From: an uncultured Ruminococcus sp.
GTDB taxonomy: Bacteria > Bacillota > Clostridia > Oscillospirales > Acutalibacteraceae
Assembly: GCA_902783815.1 (NCBI GenBank)
Contig: CACZSM010000261.1
Coordinates: forward strand, 1 to 29,241
Direction: 5' to 3'
Length of the DNA: 29,241 nt
The translations under genes and the position numbers were made by a program. The notes beneath the pieces were generated by a model. It did not search any database. It was not told where the DNA came from and saw only the letters and a list, made by a program, of their open reading frames with translations. Positions 8,764-18,861 of this stretch are shown in pieces (positions within the stretch are counted from its first letter, which is position 1; the number at the start of each line of letters is the position of its first letter).

Positions 8764-11700
8764 TTACATAAATGTCAGCTGACTGCTTTCCGGCAGGCTT
8801 CCAAATGCTCCTATAGATTTCAGCAGCTCTATGACCGTACCAGAAACCTTCGCCCTTGCCTGAAAATCCTCTATGGAGATAAATTCTCCCTCTTCCTTCG
8901 CCTGTGCAAGAGAATTCGCCGCTGCTTCTCCCACTCCTGAGAGAGCAACAAACGGAAGTCTTATTTTTTCTCCCTCCACAATGAACCTTCTTGCATCAGA
9001 CTTATATACATCTATCGGCAATACTTCAATTTTTCTTGCCAGCATCTCATTTACTATCTGCAAAGTCGCATATGAAGCCTCATCCTTTGCAGTTGCTTCC
9101 TTCTTCTGTATCTTGACAGTCAGTTCCTGCATTTTATTCCTCACTGCCTGTCTGCCCTTACATACCAGAGCAGCATCAAAGTCCTCACATCTTACCGTAA
9201 AATATGCAGCATAATACTCCTTTGGTCTGTGTACCTTATACCATCCCAGCCTGAGAGTTGCGATCATATACGCAGCCGCATGAGCCTTCGGGAACATATA
9301 CTTTATCTTCATACATGAATCAATATACCATTGCGGTACTCCATGCTCTTTCATTGCATTGATATGATCTTCTGTCAGCAGCTTTGTCGATTTTCCTTTA
9401 CGCACGATCTCCATTATCTTGAATGCCATATCCGGTTCAAGTCCCTTGTGCATAAGGTAAACCATGATATTATCTCTTGTTCCGATAACCTCAGATATAG
9501 TACATATCTTCTTTTCTATCAATTCGGAAGCATTGCCTATCCATACATCCGTTCCATGTGAAAGTCCTGATACCTGCAAAAGATCCGAAAAGGTTTTCGG
9601 CTGCGTTTCAATAAGCATACCTCTTACAAATTTTGTTCCGACTTCCGGAAGTGAAAATGTACCGGTTTCGGAATCTATATCCTCCGGTTCAACTCCAAGT
9701 GCCTTTGTTGATGTAAAAAGTGACATTACATCCGGGTCACTCATTGAAACATTCATTACGCTGATGCCTGTATATTCCTCAAGATAGTGATATATTGTAG
9801 GAACATCGTGACCAAGCTCATCAAGCTTACAAACAGTATCATGTATTGAATGGAAATCAAAATGAGTGGTTATGATATCCGTTTTCTGGTCGTTTGCCGG
9901 TCTTTGTACCGGACAGAATTCATAGATATCATTCATCCTCGGAACAACTACCATTCCTGCCGGGTGCTGACCGGTAGTCCGGCGCACTCCTGTACAGCCT
10001 GCCGCAAGCCTCATCTCCTCGGATTTATTTATTACTCTGCCAGTTTCCTCAGCATATTTTCTGACATAGCCTATTGCTGTTTTATCAGCTACTGTAGCTA
10101 TAGTTCCTGCCTTGAACACATTTTCCTTTCCGAAAAGCTCCTCTGTATATCTATGCGATAATGTCTGGAACTCACCAGCAAAGTTAAGATCAATATCAGG
10201 GGTCTTATCTCCCTTGAATCCCAGGAATGTTTCAAATGGGATATCATGACCGTCACGGATATAAGGCTCTCCGCAGTTCGGACAGTCCTTTTCAGGAAGA
10301 TCAAAGCCTGAACCAACACTGCCGTCATTAAAAAACTCACTGTTATGACATTTCGGGCATACATAATGTGGACAAAGCGGATTTACTTCTGAAATTCCTG
10401 ACATCGTTGCAACAAACGATGAACCGACAGATCCTCGTGAACCAACAAGATACCCGTTTTCATTTGAATGTGCAACCAGCTTCTGTGCCGTCATATACAA
10501 AACAGAAAAGCCGTTCTTTATAATTGAATTAAGCTCCTTATCTATCCTTGCCTTTACTATCTCAGGCAATGGATCTCCATACAGGTTTTTAGCTCTCTCC
10601 CAGGTTATCCTTGTAAGATCCTCCTCTGCACCCGGAATAAACGGTGGGAAATTACCCTTCGGCACTGCCCTTATACGCTCTACCATATCTGCGATCTTAT
10701 TCGTGTTTTCTACAACTACCTCATACGCTTTTTCCTTGCCAAGATATTCAAATTCCTTTAGCATTTCAGCAGTATTCCGGAAGTAGAGCGGTGCCTGTTC
10801 CTCAGCATCAGAAAATCCCTGCGCTGCCATAAGTACCTTTCTATAGTCGCTCTGGTATGGATCCATGAAATGTACATCGCAGGTCGCGCAAACAGGTATA
10901 TTCAGCTCCTCGCCAAGCTTTACTACAGTACGGTTAAAGTCCTGAAGCTCTTTTACAGAACTTACCTTACCTTCACGCAGCATATACATATTATTTCCGA
11001 TCGGCTGTATTTCAAGATAATCATAGAATGAAGCTATCTGTTTCAGCTCCTCCCAGTTTCTACCCTCGACTATTGCTCTGAAAAGCTCTCCCGCTTCACA
11101 GGCACTGCCGACTATAAGACCGCTTCTGTGCTTTTCAAGTTCTGATCTCGGTATAAGCGGCTTCTTATAAAAGTAATCTATGTGTGATTTTGAAATCAGC
11201 TTATACAGATTCTTAAGTCCAGCCTGATTCTTTGCAAGTATTATCTGGTGATATGATTTATATGACTTGAAATCAGGCTTCGGCAAAAGACTGTTTATCT
11301 GAGAAATGCTTTTTACGCCATATTCCTCAGACAGCTTTTCAAGCATTATCCTGAAAATATCTGCAAGCATATTTGCATCGTCATAGGCACGATGATGGTT
11401 GAAATCTCCGAGCTTGAGATGCTTTGCAACCGTGTCGAGCTTATGATTCTTGAGCTGCGGAAAAATACCTCTTGAAATTGCAAGAGTATCAATATGTGTA
11501 AGCGTATATTCAATATTATTTCTCGCCGCTGCAATTTTTATGAATGATGTGTCAAATGACGCATTATGCGCTACTACAACAGCATTTTTTCCGCAAAATT
11601 CAAGAAATGCCCTCACCGCATCCTCTTCTGACGGAGCATCTGCTACCATTTCATCTGTAATTCCCGTCAGTTCAGTTATTTTTTCGCTTATATGCCTTTC

Positions 11701-13182
11701 AGGATTCACAAATGTCGAAAATTTATCCATTATCTTTCCGTCAACAAATCTGAATGCGCCGATCTCTGTTATTCTATCCTTTGATGCGCTAAGACCTGTC
11801 GTTTCAATATCAAAAACAACAAATTCGCCGTTCAGCGGCATATCAGTATTTCCTGTTACTGCTGCTGCAGATCTGTCGTTTATGAAATACGCCTCAACAC
11901 CATAAATTATCTTGATATCTCCGCCGCTTCTTTTTATATCATCACAGGCATTCATCGCATCAGGATACGCCTGCGCAACTCCATGATCTGTTATCGCTAT
12001 TGCCGGCATACCCCAGGAATGTGCCCTCTTTACGAGATCTCCTGCACTGCTTACCGCATCCATTGCAGACATATTTGTATGCAGATGCAGCTCTACTCTC
12101 TTTTTTTCTGCTTTATCTACTAATTTAGGAACGGCAACAACACTTATTGCCCTCGCCATTATATCTACATCCTTGACATAGCTATCGTACTGAGCCTCTC
12201 CTCTTGCCAATATGTACATTCCCTTTTTGAGTGCCATGAGTGGTTCAGCTCTGTCACCGCTGCCAAACATTTTCAGTACGCCTGAACCAACAAAGTCTGT
12301 AATGCTGATCGAAAAAATTTTCAGATCCTTTCCCTTTTTATCCTTTGTTTCTTTTATCGTTATATCCAGTATTTGTCCCCATACCGTGACCTTTCCCGAA
12401 TCCTGCGTCACCCTGTTCAGTGTTATACATTCCTCATGTATCGGACCGCCAATTACCGGATTTGCACTTTCAGGAATATAGTTCGGCACAAGATTTTTTC
12501 CTTCACGAATTTCTATCTCCAATGATGCCGCCGGAGTTGTATTCCTTACAGCCTGTTGCTTCTTTGCAGTTTCTATTGCAGCCATCCTTTCATTGGCGCT
12601 GTTCATCATAGCCTCATAATTCTCCATTTCAGCTATCTGCGCTTCACGGACTGCTCTTTCTTCATTTATTTTCTGCTTTTCTATATAAACAGCACTTTCT
12701 GCATCTATTGAAACTATACCTGTAAATTCTACCGCAAGTCTTATTCCAAATTCTGTAAATATCAGGTCTGACAAATTCCTGTCAAAATGCTGACCGATGA
12801 GTATATCTTTTCCTCCATGCTTAAGCTCTATTATAAGACGATGGTCGTGCTGCTCCGCAGTAGATTCATTCAAAGTACCGTTAAGGCTTGCATTACGCCT
12901 TTTAAGCTCCATTACAAGATGTGGATAATACCCCGTATCGAACATTTCACTTTCATATTTTGGTATGATCCTGCAATCAGAAAGATTCAATATGCTCCGG
13001 CATATGCGATCCTCCGCTTCAAACAGTTCCCTTCTGTCGATCAGACTCCCAAATCTCATATATATCTGCATGATCCTCTGTCCGGCATCTATTTCTACAT
13101 TTTCTACTTCACTGTTTTTAACCGCATCTGTTATCTTTTCAGTTTCAACATACTTTCCGAATAATTCAGAAAAACTATTCAC
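8764..13182 (-). CDS. polC: DNA polymerase III PolC-type
   Basis: PHP motifs HLHT and AITDHG, embedded DEDDh exonuclease (FDIETTG, HNASFD, HHRAYDDA), Zn finger CPKC/CPNC, PDIDLNF, YMFPKAHA. GTG start with AGGAAGG SD. Confidence 0.97.
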   Translation of the reverse strand: MNSFSELFGKYVETEKITDAVKNSEVENVEIDAGQRIMQIYMRFGSLIDRRELFEAEDRICRSILNLSDCRIIPKYESEMFDTGYYPHLVMELKRRNASLNGTLNESTAEQHDHRLIIELKHGGKDILIGQHFDRNLSDLIFTEFGIRLAVEFTGIVSIDAESAVYIEKQKINEERAVREAQIAEMENYEAMMNSANERMAAIETAKKQQAVRNTTPAASLEIEIREGKNLVPNYIPESANPVIGGPIHEECITLNRVTQDSGKVTVWGQILDITIKETKDKKGKDLKIFSISITDFVGSGVLKMFGSGDRAEPLMALKKGMYILARGEAQYDSYVKDVDIMARAISVVAVPKLVDKAEKKRVELHLHTNMSAMDAVSSAGDLVKRAHSWGMPAIAITDHGVAQAYPDAMNACDDIKRSGGDIKIIYGVEAYFINDRSAAAVTGNTDMPLNGEFVVFDIETTGLSASKDRITEIGAFRFVDGKIMDKFSTFVNPERHISEKITELTGITDEMVADAPSEEDAVRAFLEFCGKNAVVVAHNASFDTSFIKIAAARNNIEYTLTHIDTLAISRGIFPQLKNHKLDTVAKHLKLGDFNHHRAYDDANMLADIFRIMLEKLSEEYGVKSISQINSLLPKPDFKSYKSYHQIILAKNQAGLKNLYKLISKSHIDYFYKKPLIPRSELEKHRSGLIVGSACEAGELFRAIVEGRNWEELKQIASFYDYLEIQPIGNNMYMLREGKVSSVKELQDFNRTVVKLGEELNIPVCATCDVHFMDPYQSDYRKVLMAAQGFSDAEEQAPLYFRNTAEMLKEFEYLGKEKAYEVVVENTNKIADMVERIRAVPKGNFPPFIPGAEEDLTRITWERAKNLYGDPLPEIVKARIDKELNSIIKNGFSVLYMTAQKLVAHSNENGYLVGSRGSVGSSFVATMSGISEVNPLCPHYVCPKCHNSEFFNDGSVGSGFDLPEKDCPNCGEPYIRDGHDIPFETFLGFKGDKTPDIDLNFAGEFQTLSHRYTEELFGKENVFKAGTIATVADKTAIGYVRKYAEETGRVINKSEEMRLAAGCTGVRRTTGQHPAGMVVVPRMNDIYEFCPVQRPANDQKTDIITTHFDFHSIHDTVCKLDELGHDVPTIYHYLEEYTGISVMNVSMSDPDVMSLFTSTKALGVEPEDIDSETGTFSLPEVGTKFVRGMLIETQPKTFSDLLQVSGLSHGTDVWIGNASELIEKKICTISEVIGTRDNIMVYLMHKGLEPDMAFKIMEIVRKGKSTKLLTEDHINAMKEHGVPQWYIDSCMKIKYMFPKAHAAAYMIATLRLGWYKVHRPKEYYAAYFTVRCEDFDAALVCKGRQAVRNKMQELTVKIQKKEATAKDEASYATLQIVNEMLARKIEVLPIDVYKSDARRFIVEGEKIRLPFVALSGVGEAAANSLAQAKEEGEFISIEDFQARAKVSGTVIELLKSIGAFGSLPESSQLTFM

Positions 13183-13223
13183 ACGATCCCTTCCTAACTA
13201 ATTACAGTCAAACCCCAAAGCGA

Positions 13224-13267
13224 TACAGCGGATCTGCTTATTTCTTTCAGTCCGCTGTAATTTTTTT
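13224..13267. terminator. Stem-loop between ispG and polC; U-tract only in the antisense (+) direction
   Basis: TACAGCGGA(T)CTG...CAGTCCGCTGTA followed on the + strand by A and T7. Confidence 0.55.
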
Positions 13268-14315
13268 ACATCTGTTCAATTTCTTTCATAAGCTCTGCAA
13301 GCAGCTGATCCTCCGGGACCTTCCTGATTATCTCACCTTTTTTGAATATCAATCCATTTCCGCTTCCGCCTGCAATTCCTATATCGGCTTCCCTTGCCTC
13401 TCCGGGACCATTTACAACACAGCCCATTATGGCTACTGTTATATTCTTATCACAATCCTTCAGCATTTCTTCTGCCTGTTTTGCTATGCTTATCAGATCT
13501 ATCCTTGTCCTGCCACAGGTCGGACAGGATATAAACCTTATACCATCCTTGCGCAAGCCCATAGCTTTCAGTATATCTCTTCCGGCATATACTTCTTTAA
13601 CCGGGTCATCAGTCAATGATACTCTTATAGTATCTCCTATGCCGTTCAGCAGCAATGCACCCAATCCTGCTGCTGACTTTATTATACCCATCCTCTCTGT
13701 ACCTGCTTCTGTAACACCAAGATGAAGCGGATAATCACACTGCTGAGCTGCAAGCGTATATGCTTCTTTCATAAACATTACATCCGAGGATTTCATCGAA
13801 AGAACAATATCCTCAAAATCAAACTTTTCAAGAAGTGACGCATGATAAAGTGCGCTATCGCATAATGCCTGCGGAGTTGGTCTGCCATATTTTGCAAGAA
13901 TGTGCTTTTCAAGTGAGCCTGAATTCACACCTATCCTTATTGGGATATTCCTTTTCCTACATTCATCTGCAACAAGCTTTACCTTACCGTCATCACCGAT
14001 ATTTCCAGGATTTATCCTTATTTTATCTATTCCTGCTGCCGCAGATTCCAATGCAAGTTTGTAGTCAAAATGTATATCCGCCACAAGCGGCGCGGAAACC
14101 TCTTTTTTGATCGCGGGTATCAGTCTGACTGCATCCATATCCGGCACAGCTATCCTTATGATATCACATCCTGCCTTTTCAAGCTCTTTTGCCTGCTTTA
14201 CACTGCCTTCTATATCTGTAGAAGGGACATTCAGCATTGACTGTACTGATATATCCGCATCTCCTCCGATCATGATCTTTCCGACCTTGACCTGTCTGGT
14301 TTTTCTGCGTTCCAT
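13266..14315 (-). CDS. ispG: (E)-4-hydroxy-3-methylbut-2-enyl-diphosphate synthase
   Basis: ADIHFDY, RINPGNIG, IRIGVNSGSL, HLGVTEAG, CPTCGR, MGCVVNGPGE. Start moved to ATG 14315 (GAGGTG SD). Confidence 0.97.
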   Translation of the reverse strand: MERRKTRQVKVGKIMIGGDADISVQSMLNVPSTDIEGSVKQAKELEKAGCDIIRIAVPDMDAVRLIPAIKKEVSAPLVADIHFDYKLALESAAAGIDKIRINPGNIGDDGKVKLVADECRKRNIPIRIGVNSGSLEKHILAKYGRPTPQALCDSALYHASLLEKFDFEDIVLSMKSSDVMFMKEAYTLAAQQCDYPLHLGVTEAGTERMGIIKSAAGLGALLLNGIGDTIRVSLTDDPVKEVYAGRDILKAMGLRKDGIRFISCPTCGRTRIDLISIAKQAEEMLKDCDKNITVAIMGCVVNGPGEAREADIGIAGGSGNGLIFKKGEIIRKVPEDQLLAELMKEIEQM

Positions 14316-14333
14316 AGCCTTACACCTCATTTA

Positions 14334-15392
14334 TCACACTATAAGCTGTATTACATCCTTTATTGAAACTATCACCATGAATGCAAGAAGAAGCACCATT
14401 CCTGCTGCGTGAACTACTCCTTCATATTTCGGATCTATAGGCTTTCTTCTTATCGCCTCTATTATCAGGAAAATAAGTCTGCCGCCGTCAAGCGCCGGAA
14501 GCGGAAGAAGATTCACAACCCCAAGATTTATCGTTATTATCATCATTACATATACAAGATTGCTTAGTCCGTCCCAGAAACTCGATTTCAGCCCTGTCGC
14601 AGTTGCCTGAGATATTGCCGAGGTCATTCCGACAGGTCCGGAAACCTCATTGAATCCGAACCGTCCTGTTACCAGTCCGATGAGGCTTGCCCATACCATC
14701 TTTACTGTAGATATCGTAGAGAGGAATGTCTGCGATAAAAGGGTGCCCAGATTATTTTCTATAGCCTTAACCTTAAAGTCAAGCATCAGTATATCCTTAT
14801 CATCCTTTTTCACTGTCGGTAAGGTTACACCGGTATAGTCTATTTTCTGACCGTCACGGATCACTGAAATATCCAGCTTATTGGATTTTGCTGTAGAAAG
14901 CGCAAAGCTGAGGTCTGTTGATGTTTTTATCCCATAGCCGTTTATTGAGGTTATTTCATCGCCCACCTGAAGCTGCTGTGAGGAAGTTGCATTATCTGCA
15001 AAAACAGCCACTATATTTGATGCGAAATATTTATTCGGTGCAAGCAGAATAAGCATCATTACAAAACCCAGTATTATATTCATAACTGCGCCTGCTGCCA
15101 CAATTATTATCCTTTTCCATACGGGCTTATTGCCGAAAGCACATTCATCATCGCTGCTTTCATCTTCGCCCTCCATTGCGCAGAAACCTCCGATCGGAAA
15201 CAATCTGAGATTATACTGTGTCTCGCCTTTTTTAAATCCGACTATCTTTGGGCCCATCCCAAGCGCAAATTCATTTACTCTTACTCCGGACAGCTTTGCA
15301 GCAACAAAGTGTCCGCCCTCGTGTATAAGAACTATAAGCTCAAAAAGAAGAATACCTATAATTATCAATATGGCTGCTTCTATCTTAATCAT
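14334..15392 (-). CDS. rseP: RIP metalloprotease RseP/RasP (M50 family with PDZ domain)
   Basis: HEGGH zinc motif, FALGMGP, PIGGFCAM, NLLPLPALDGG. Start uncertain (see findings). Confidence 0.93.
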   Translation of the reverse strand: MIKIEAAILIIIGILLFELIVLIHEGGHFVAAKLSGVRVNEFALGMGPKIVGFKKGETQYNLRLFPIGGFCAMEGEDESSDDECAFGNKPVWKRIIIVAAGAVMNIILGFVMMLILLAPNKYFASNIVAVFADNATSSQQLQVGDEITSINGYGIKTSTDLSFALSTAKSNKLDISVIRDGQKIDYTGVTLPTVKKDDKDILMLDFKVKAIENNLGTLLSQTFLSTISTVKMVWASLIGLVTGRFGFNEVSGPVGMTSAISQATATGLKSSFWDGLSNLVYVMMIITINLGVVNLLPLPALDGGRLIFLIIEAIRRKPIDPKYEGVVHAAGMVLLLAFMVIVSIKDVIQLIV

Positions 15393-15400
15393 CTCCAGAA

Positions 15401-16546
15401 TCAGTATTTCTCTTTTATCCTGCGTCTTGTTTCCTTATCCGCTGAAAGTATATCATCAAGCGTAATTTCCTTCCTGTCATCGCCGAAGGATTCAACCTCA
15501 TCAGAAACTACGGACGCTATATCAAGGAATTTTATTTTTTCTTTCATAAACAGATCAACTGCTACCTCATTTGCCGCATTAGCAACTGTCGGATACAATC
15601 CTCCCTTTCTGAGAGCCTTACGGCATATCGCAAGACACTGGAATGTATCATAATCCGGTTTATAGAAGGTCAGGTTTGTAAGCTCTGTAAGATCAAGCTC
15701 CTTTGTTGGCGAAGGGAGCCTTTCAGGATATGTCAGAGCATACTGTATCGGAATACGCATATCCGGTACGCCAAGCTGTGCAATAACAGCATTATCCTTT
15801 AGCTGTATCATGGAGTGTATGATACTCTCACGGTGTATCAGCACATCTATATCTTCATCACGACAATCAAACAGCCACGATGCTTCTATGACCTCCAGAC
15901 CCTTATTCATCATAGTAGCAGAATCTATTGTTATCTTTGCTCCCATATTCCAGTTCGGATGCTGAAGCGCTTTCTTTACTGATACATTTTCAAGCTCCCA
16001 TCTCTTTTTTCCAAAAAATGCTCCGCCTGATGCCGTCAGTATGACCTTTTTCAGTGAACCCTCCGGGCAGCCCTGCAGACACTGGAATATAGCCGAATGT
16101 TCGCTGTCAACGGGGTACAGCTTTACACCTTTTTCCTTGACAGCCCTCATAACTATACTTCCGCCAGCAACAAGAGTTTCCTTATTGGCAAGAGCAAGGT
16201 TTTTCCCTGCATCTATTGCTGCCAATGTCGGAAGAAGTCCTGCCACTCCGACTATAGCATTGACTACTGTATCACAGCTTTTTTCACAGGCTGCTTCTAT
16301 TATTCCCTGTTCTCCGCAATAGACATCAATATTAGTATCCTTAAGCGCTATTTTCAGCTGCGCGGCAGCGCCCGTATCAAGTACGCATACCATATCAGGC
16401 GAAAATTCTCTTGCCTGTTTTTCGAGAAGCTCTATATTACGGTTAGCTGTAAGGGCTGTTACCTTTATACCGTGCATACGAGCCACATCAAGTGTCTGAG
16501 TACCTATCGAACCGGTTGATCCCAATACTGCGATTTTTGTAGTCAT
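15401..16546 (-). CDS. dxr: 1-deoxy-D-xylulose-5-phosphate reductoisomerase
   Basis: GSTGSIGTQ, LANKE, VDSEHSAIFQ, HPNWNMGAKITIDSA. Confidence 0.97.
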   Translation of the reverse strand: MTTKIAVLGSTGSIGTQTLDVARMHGIKVTALTANRNIELLEKQAREFSPDMVCVLDTGAAAQLKIALKDTNIDVYCGEQGIIEAACEKSCDTVVNAIVGVAGLLPTLAAIDAGKNLALANKETLVAGGSIVMRAVKEKGVKLYPVDSEHSAIFQCLQGCPEGSLKKVILTASGGAFFGKKRWELENVSVKKALQHPNWNMGAKITIDSATMMNKGLEVIEASWLFDCRDEDIDVLIHRESIIHSMIQLKDNAVIAQLGVPDMRIPIQYALTYPERLPSPTKELDLTELTNLTFYKPDYDTFQCLAICRKALRKGGLYPTVANAANEVAVDLFMKEKIKFLDIASVVSDEVESFGDDRKEITLDDILSADKETRRRIKEKY

Positions 16547-16562
16547 TCTTTTTTCACTCCGT

Positions 16563-17387
16563 TCATTTTATAATTATTGGAAAATACATAACCATAAGCT
16601 GCAAAAATGGCGCAAAACATATCACACTGTCAAATCTGTCGAGTATGCCGCCGTGTCCGGGTATGATCTCGCCATAATCCTTTACAGCATACGAACGCTT
16701 TATCACTGAGAAGCACAGATCGCCGAGTATCGAAAGCACTGAACCTGCGCAGCCAAGTATTACAACAGCAACATAATTTACAGTTATATCATTTGCATAA
16801 AAAACCTTTTCAAACAGCAGAGCAGTTCCGACTGTTGCCACTATACAAGCTATTCCACCTCCGATAGCTCCTTCAATAGTTTTATTAGGACTTATATTCG
16901 GACACATCTTATGCTTGCCAAGCGTTACGCCTGCAAAGTATGCTCCGCCGTCCGCAAACCACGGAACTGCCAGGGCTAAAACAAGATACATTATTGCGTG
17001 TTTACCGTCAAGCTCCTTCATTAAAAGTATTGACGACATTGATATCGTTATTATCAGAGTCATACTGAAAGTATATGCAAAATCCTTGAATGATATTTTA
17101 GTATGGAAAAATATCATAAACGCCATCATTATTGCCGTATAGACATAACACAGCTCCATATTTATATGAAACCTCAGAAGCATTGGATATGCCAATGAAA
17201 AAATCATACTTGTTATACTCAGCTGGTATATCTGCAAGGTCTTTATTGCCTTTGTGAACTCAAATATCGCAATACAGCATATAAGTGACAGAACAATATC
17301 TATACATATCGGAAAATACAGGCTGACAAATATCAGTGCCAACGCTACAGAAATGCCTATTATCGCTGAAATGACACGCTTAACCAT
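16563..17387 (-). CDS. cdsA: Phosphatidate cytidylyltransferase
   Basis: Polytopic membrane protein with SPNKTIEG and KRSYAVKDYGEIIPGHGGILDRFDS. Confidence 0.95.
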   Translation of the reverse strand: MVKRVISAIIGISVALALIFVSLYFPICIDIVLSLICCIAIFEFTKAIKTLQIYQLSITSMIFSLAYPMLLRFHINMELCYVYTAIMMAFMIFFHTKISFKDFAYTFSMTLIITISMSSILLMKELDGKHAIMYLVLALAVPWFADGGAYFAGVTLGKHKMCPNISPNKTIEGAIGGGIACIVATVGTALLFEKVFYANDITVNYVAVVILGCAGSVLSILGDLCFSVIKRSYAVKDYGEIIPGHGGILDRFDSVICFAPFLQLMVMYFPIIIK

Positions 17388-18101
17388 TCATACACCTCCA
17401 AAGCGTCTGTTCCTGTGATTAAAAACTGAAACCGCTTTTTCAAAATCCTCTTCATGGAAATCCGGCCAGAGTGTTTCTGTTGAATAAAACTCTGAGTATG
17501 CAGACTGATACAGTAAAAAATTACTCAGCCTGAATTCACCGCCGGTGCGTATTATCAGATCAGGGTCTGGCAATCCTCCGGTACTAAGTCGGTCAGATAT
17601 ATCCTTTTCCGTTATCTTATCCGGATCAAGTCCCTCATCCCTTACCTCATGGCACAGCTCTTTGACAGCTTCAACTATCTCTGCTCTTGATCCATAATTC
17701 ATTGCAATATTGAGCAGCATACCTTTTCTGTCCTTTGCAACTTCCTCTGTCTCATCTATCAGCTTAACAAGCTCCGGTCCGAAGGCTGTACGGTCGCCTA
17801 TGAATACTACCTTGATATCATCCTCTCTGAAATCCGTCAGAGAATCCACCAGATATTGATGAAACAGCTTCATCAGAGCACTTACTTCCTCTTTCGGACG
17901 CTTCCAGTTCTCAGTAGAAAAGGCGTAAAGTGTAAGTACTTTAACCCCTCTTTTACTTATATACCTTGTTATCTTCCTGAAATTCTGCGCACCATAGGTA
18001 TGTCCGACACTTCTCGGAAGTCCTCTCTTCTTTGCCCATCTTCCATTTCCATCCATTATTATACCAACATGAGTCGGTACTATCAAACTATTATCCGGCA
18101 T
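17388..18101 (-). CDS. uppS: Undecaprenyl diphosphate synthase (isoprenyl transferase)
   Basis: IIMDGNGRWAK, YAFSTENWKRP, NYGSR, IRTGGEFRLSNFL. Confidence 0.96.
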   Translation of the reverse strand: MPDNSLIVPTHVGIIMDGNGRWAKKRGLPRSVGHTYGAQNFRKITRYISKRGVKVLTLYAFSTENWKRPKEEVSALMKLFHQYLVDSLTDFREDDIKVVFIGDRTAFGPELVKLIDETEEVAKDRKGMLLNIAMNYGSRAEIVEAVKELCHEVRDEGLDPDKITEKDISDRLSTGGLPDPDLIIRTGGEFRLSNFLLYQSAYSEFYSTETLWPDFHEEDFEKAVSVFNHRNRRFGGV

Positions 18102-18146
18102 AATGACACCTCGCTGTATTCAGATTATTTTTCCATCAATAGAAAC

Positions 18147-18179
18147 CTGACATCCGACATTTCCTCTGTCGGATCTCAG
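18147..18179. repeat. Intergenic stem-loop between frr and uppS (uppS-proximal)
   Basis: CTGA-C-ATCCGACA-TTTCCTC-TGTCGGAT-C-TCAG. Confidence 0.7.
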
Positions 18180-18210
18180 CCCCCGACTAATTCATTAATT
18201 TTACAACGAC

Positions 18211-18241
18211 ACCTCGGCAAGAATTGAATTCCTGCCGAGGT
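18211..18241 (-). repeat. Intergenic stem-loop between frr and uppS (frr-proximal)
   Basis: Minus strand ACCTCGGCAGGAAT-TCA-ATTCTTGCCGAGGT: 14 bp with one G-U pair, no U-tract. Confidence 0.8.
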
Positions 18242-18260
18242 ATCCGTTTTTGATCAGGCA

Positions 18261-18815
18261 TCAGATCTCCATTATCTGTTTCTGCTTTTTTTCTGTCAGG
18301 CTGTCAATATTCTTGATATTGCTGTCTGTGATATCCTGTATCTTCTTTTCACCGTGTTTCTGATCGTCCTCTGTAATATCTCCGCTTTTCTTCATAGCCT
18401 TAAGTTTTTCCATTGCCTCTCTGCGTATGGATCTGACTGCTACCTTTGTATCCTCACCCATTTTTGCTATTTCCTTAACTATCTCCTTACGGCGATCCTC
18501 GGTAAGCGGCGGGAATATCATTCTTATTATCTTGCCGTCATTCTGTGGATTTATACCTATATCAGAAGTCTGTATAGCCTTCTCTATGCTTCTCAGCAAA
18601 GAAGAATCCCACGGCTGTATTGTAAGAGTTCTTGCCTCTGTTACTGAAACAGCTGCTATCTGGTTGACAGGTGTTGGTGTTCCATAGTAATCCACTCTGA
18701 TCTTGTCAAGTACAGCCGGATTTGCCCTGCCTGCGCGGATCTCTGAAAACTCCGTTTCAAGATGCGCCACTGATTTCTTCATTTTTTCTTCTGTGCTTTT
18801 GATGACCGTATTCAT
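18261..18815 (-). CDS. frr: Ribosome recycling factor
   Basis: IRAGRANP, VDYYGTPTP, NPQNDG, PPLTEDRRKE. Confidence 0.97.
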   Translation of the reverse strand: MNTVIKSTEEKMKKSVAHLETEFSEIRAGRANPAVLDKIRVDYYGTPTPVNQIAAVSVTEARTLTIQPWDSSLLRSIEKAIQTSDIGINPQNDGKIIRMIFPPLTEDRRKEIVKEIAKMGEDTKVAVRSIRREAMEKLKAMKKSGDITEDDQKHGEKKIQDITDSNIKNIDSLTEKKQKQIMEI

Positions 18816-18861
18816 TCAAAAATACCTCCTCTGATCTGTTTTTTTATAATTATCATCAATT

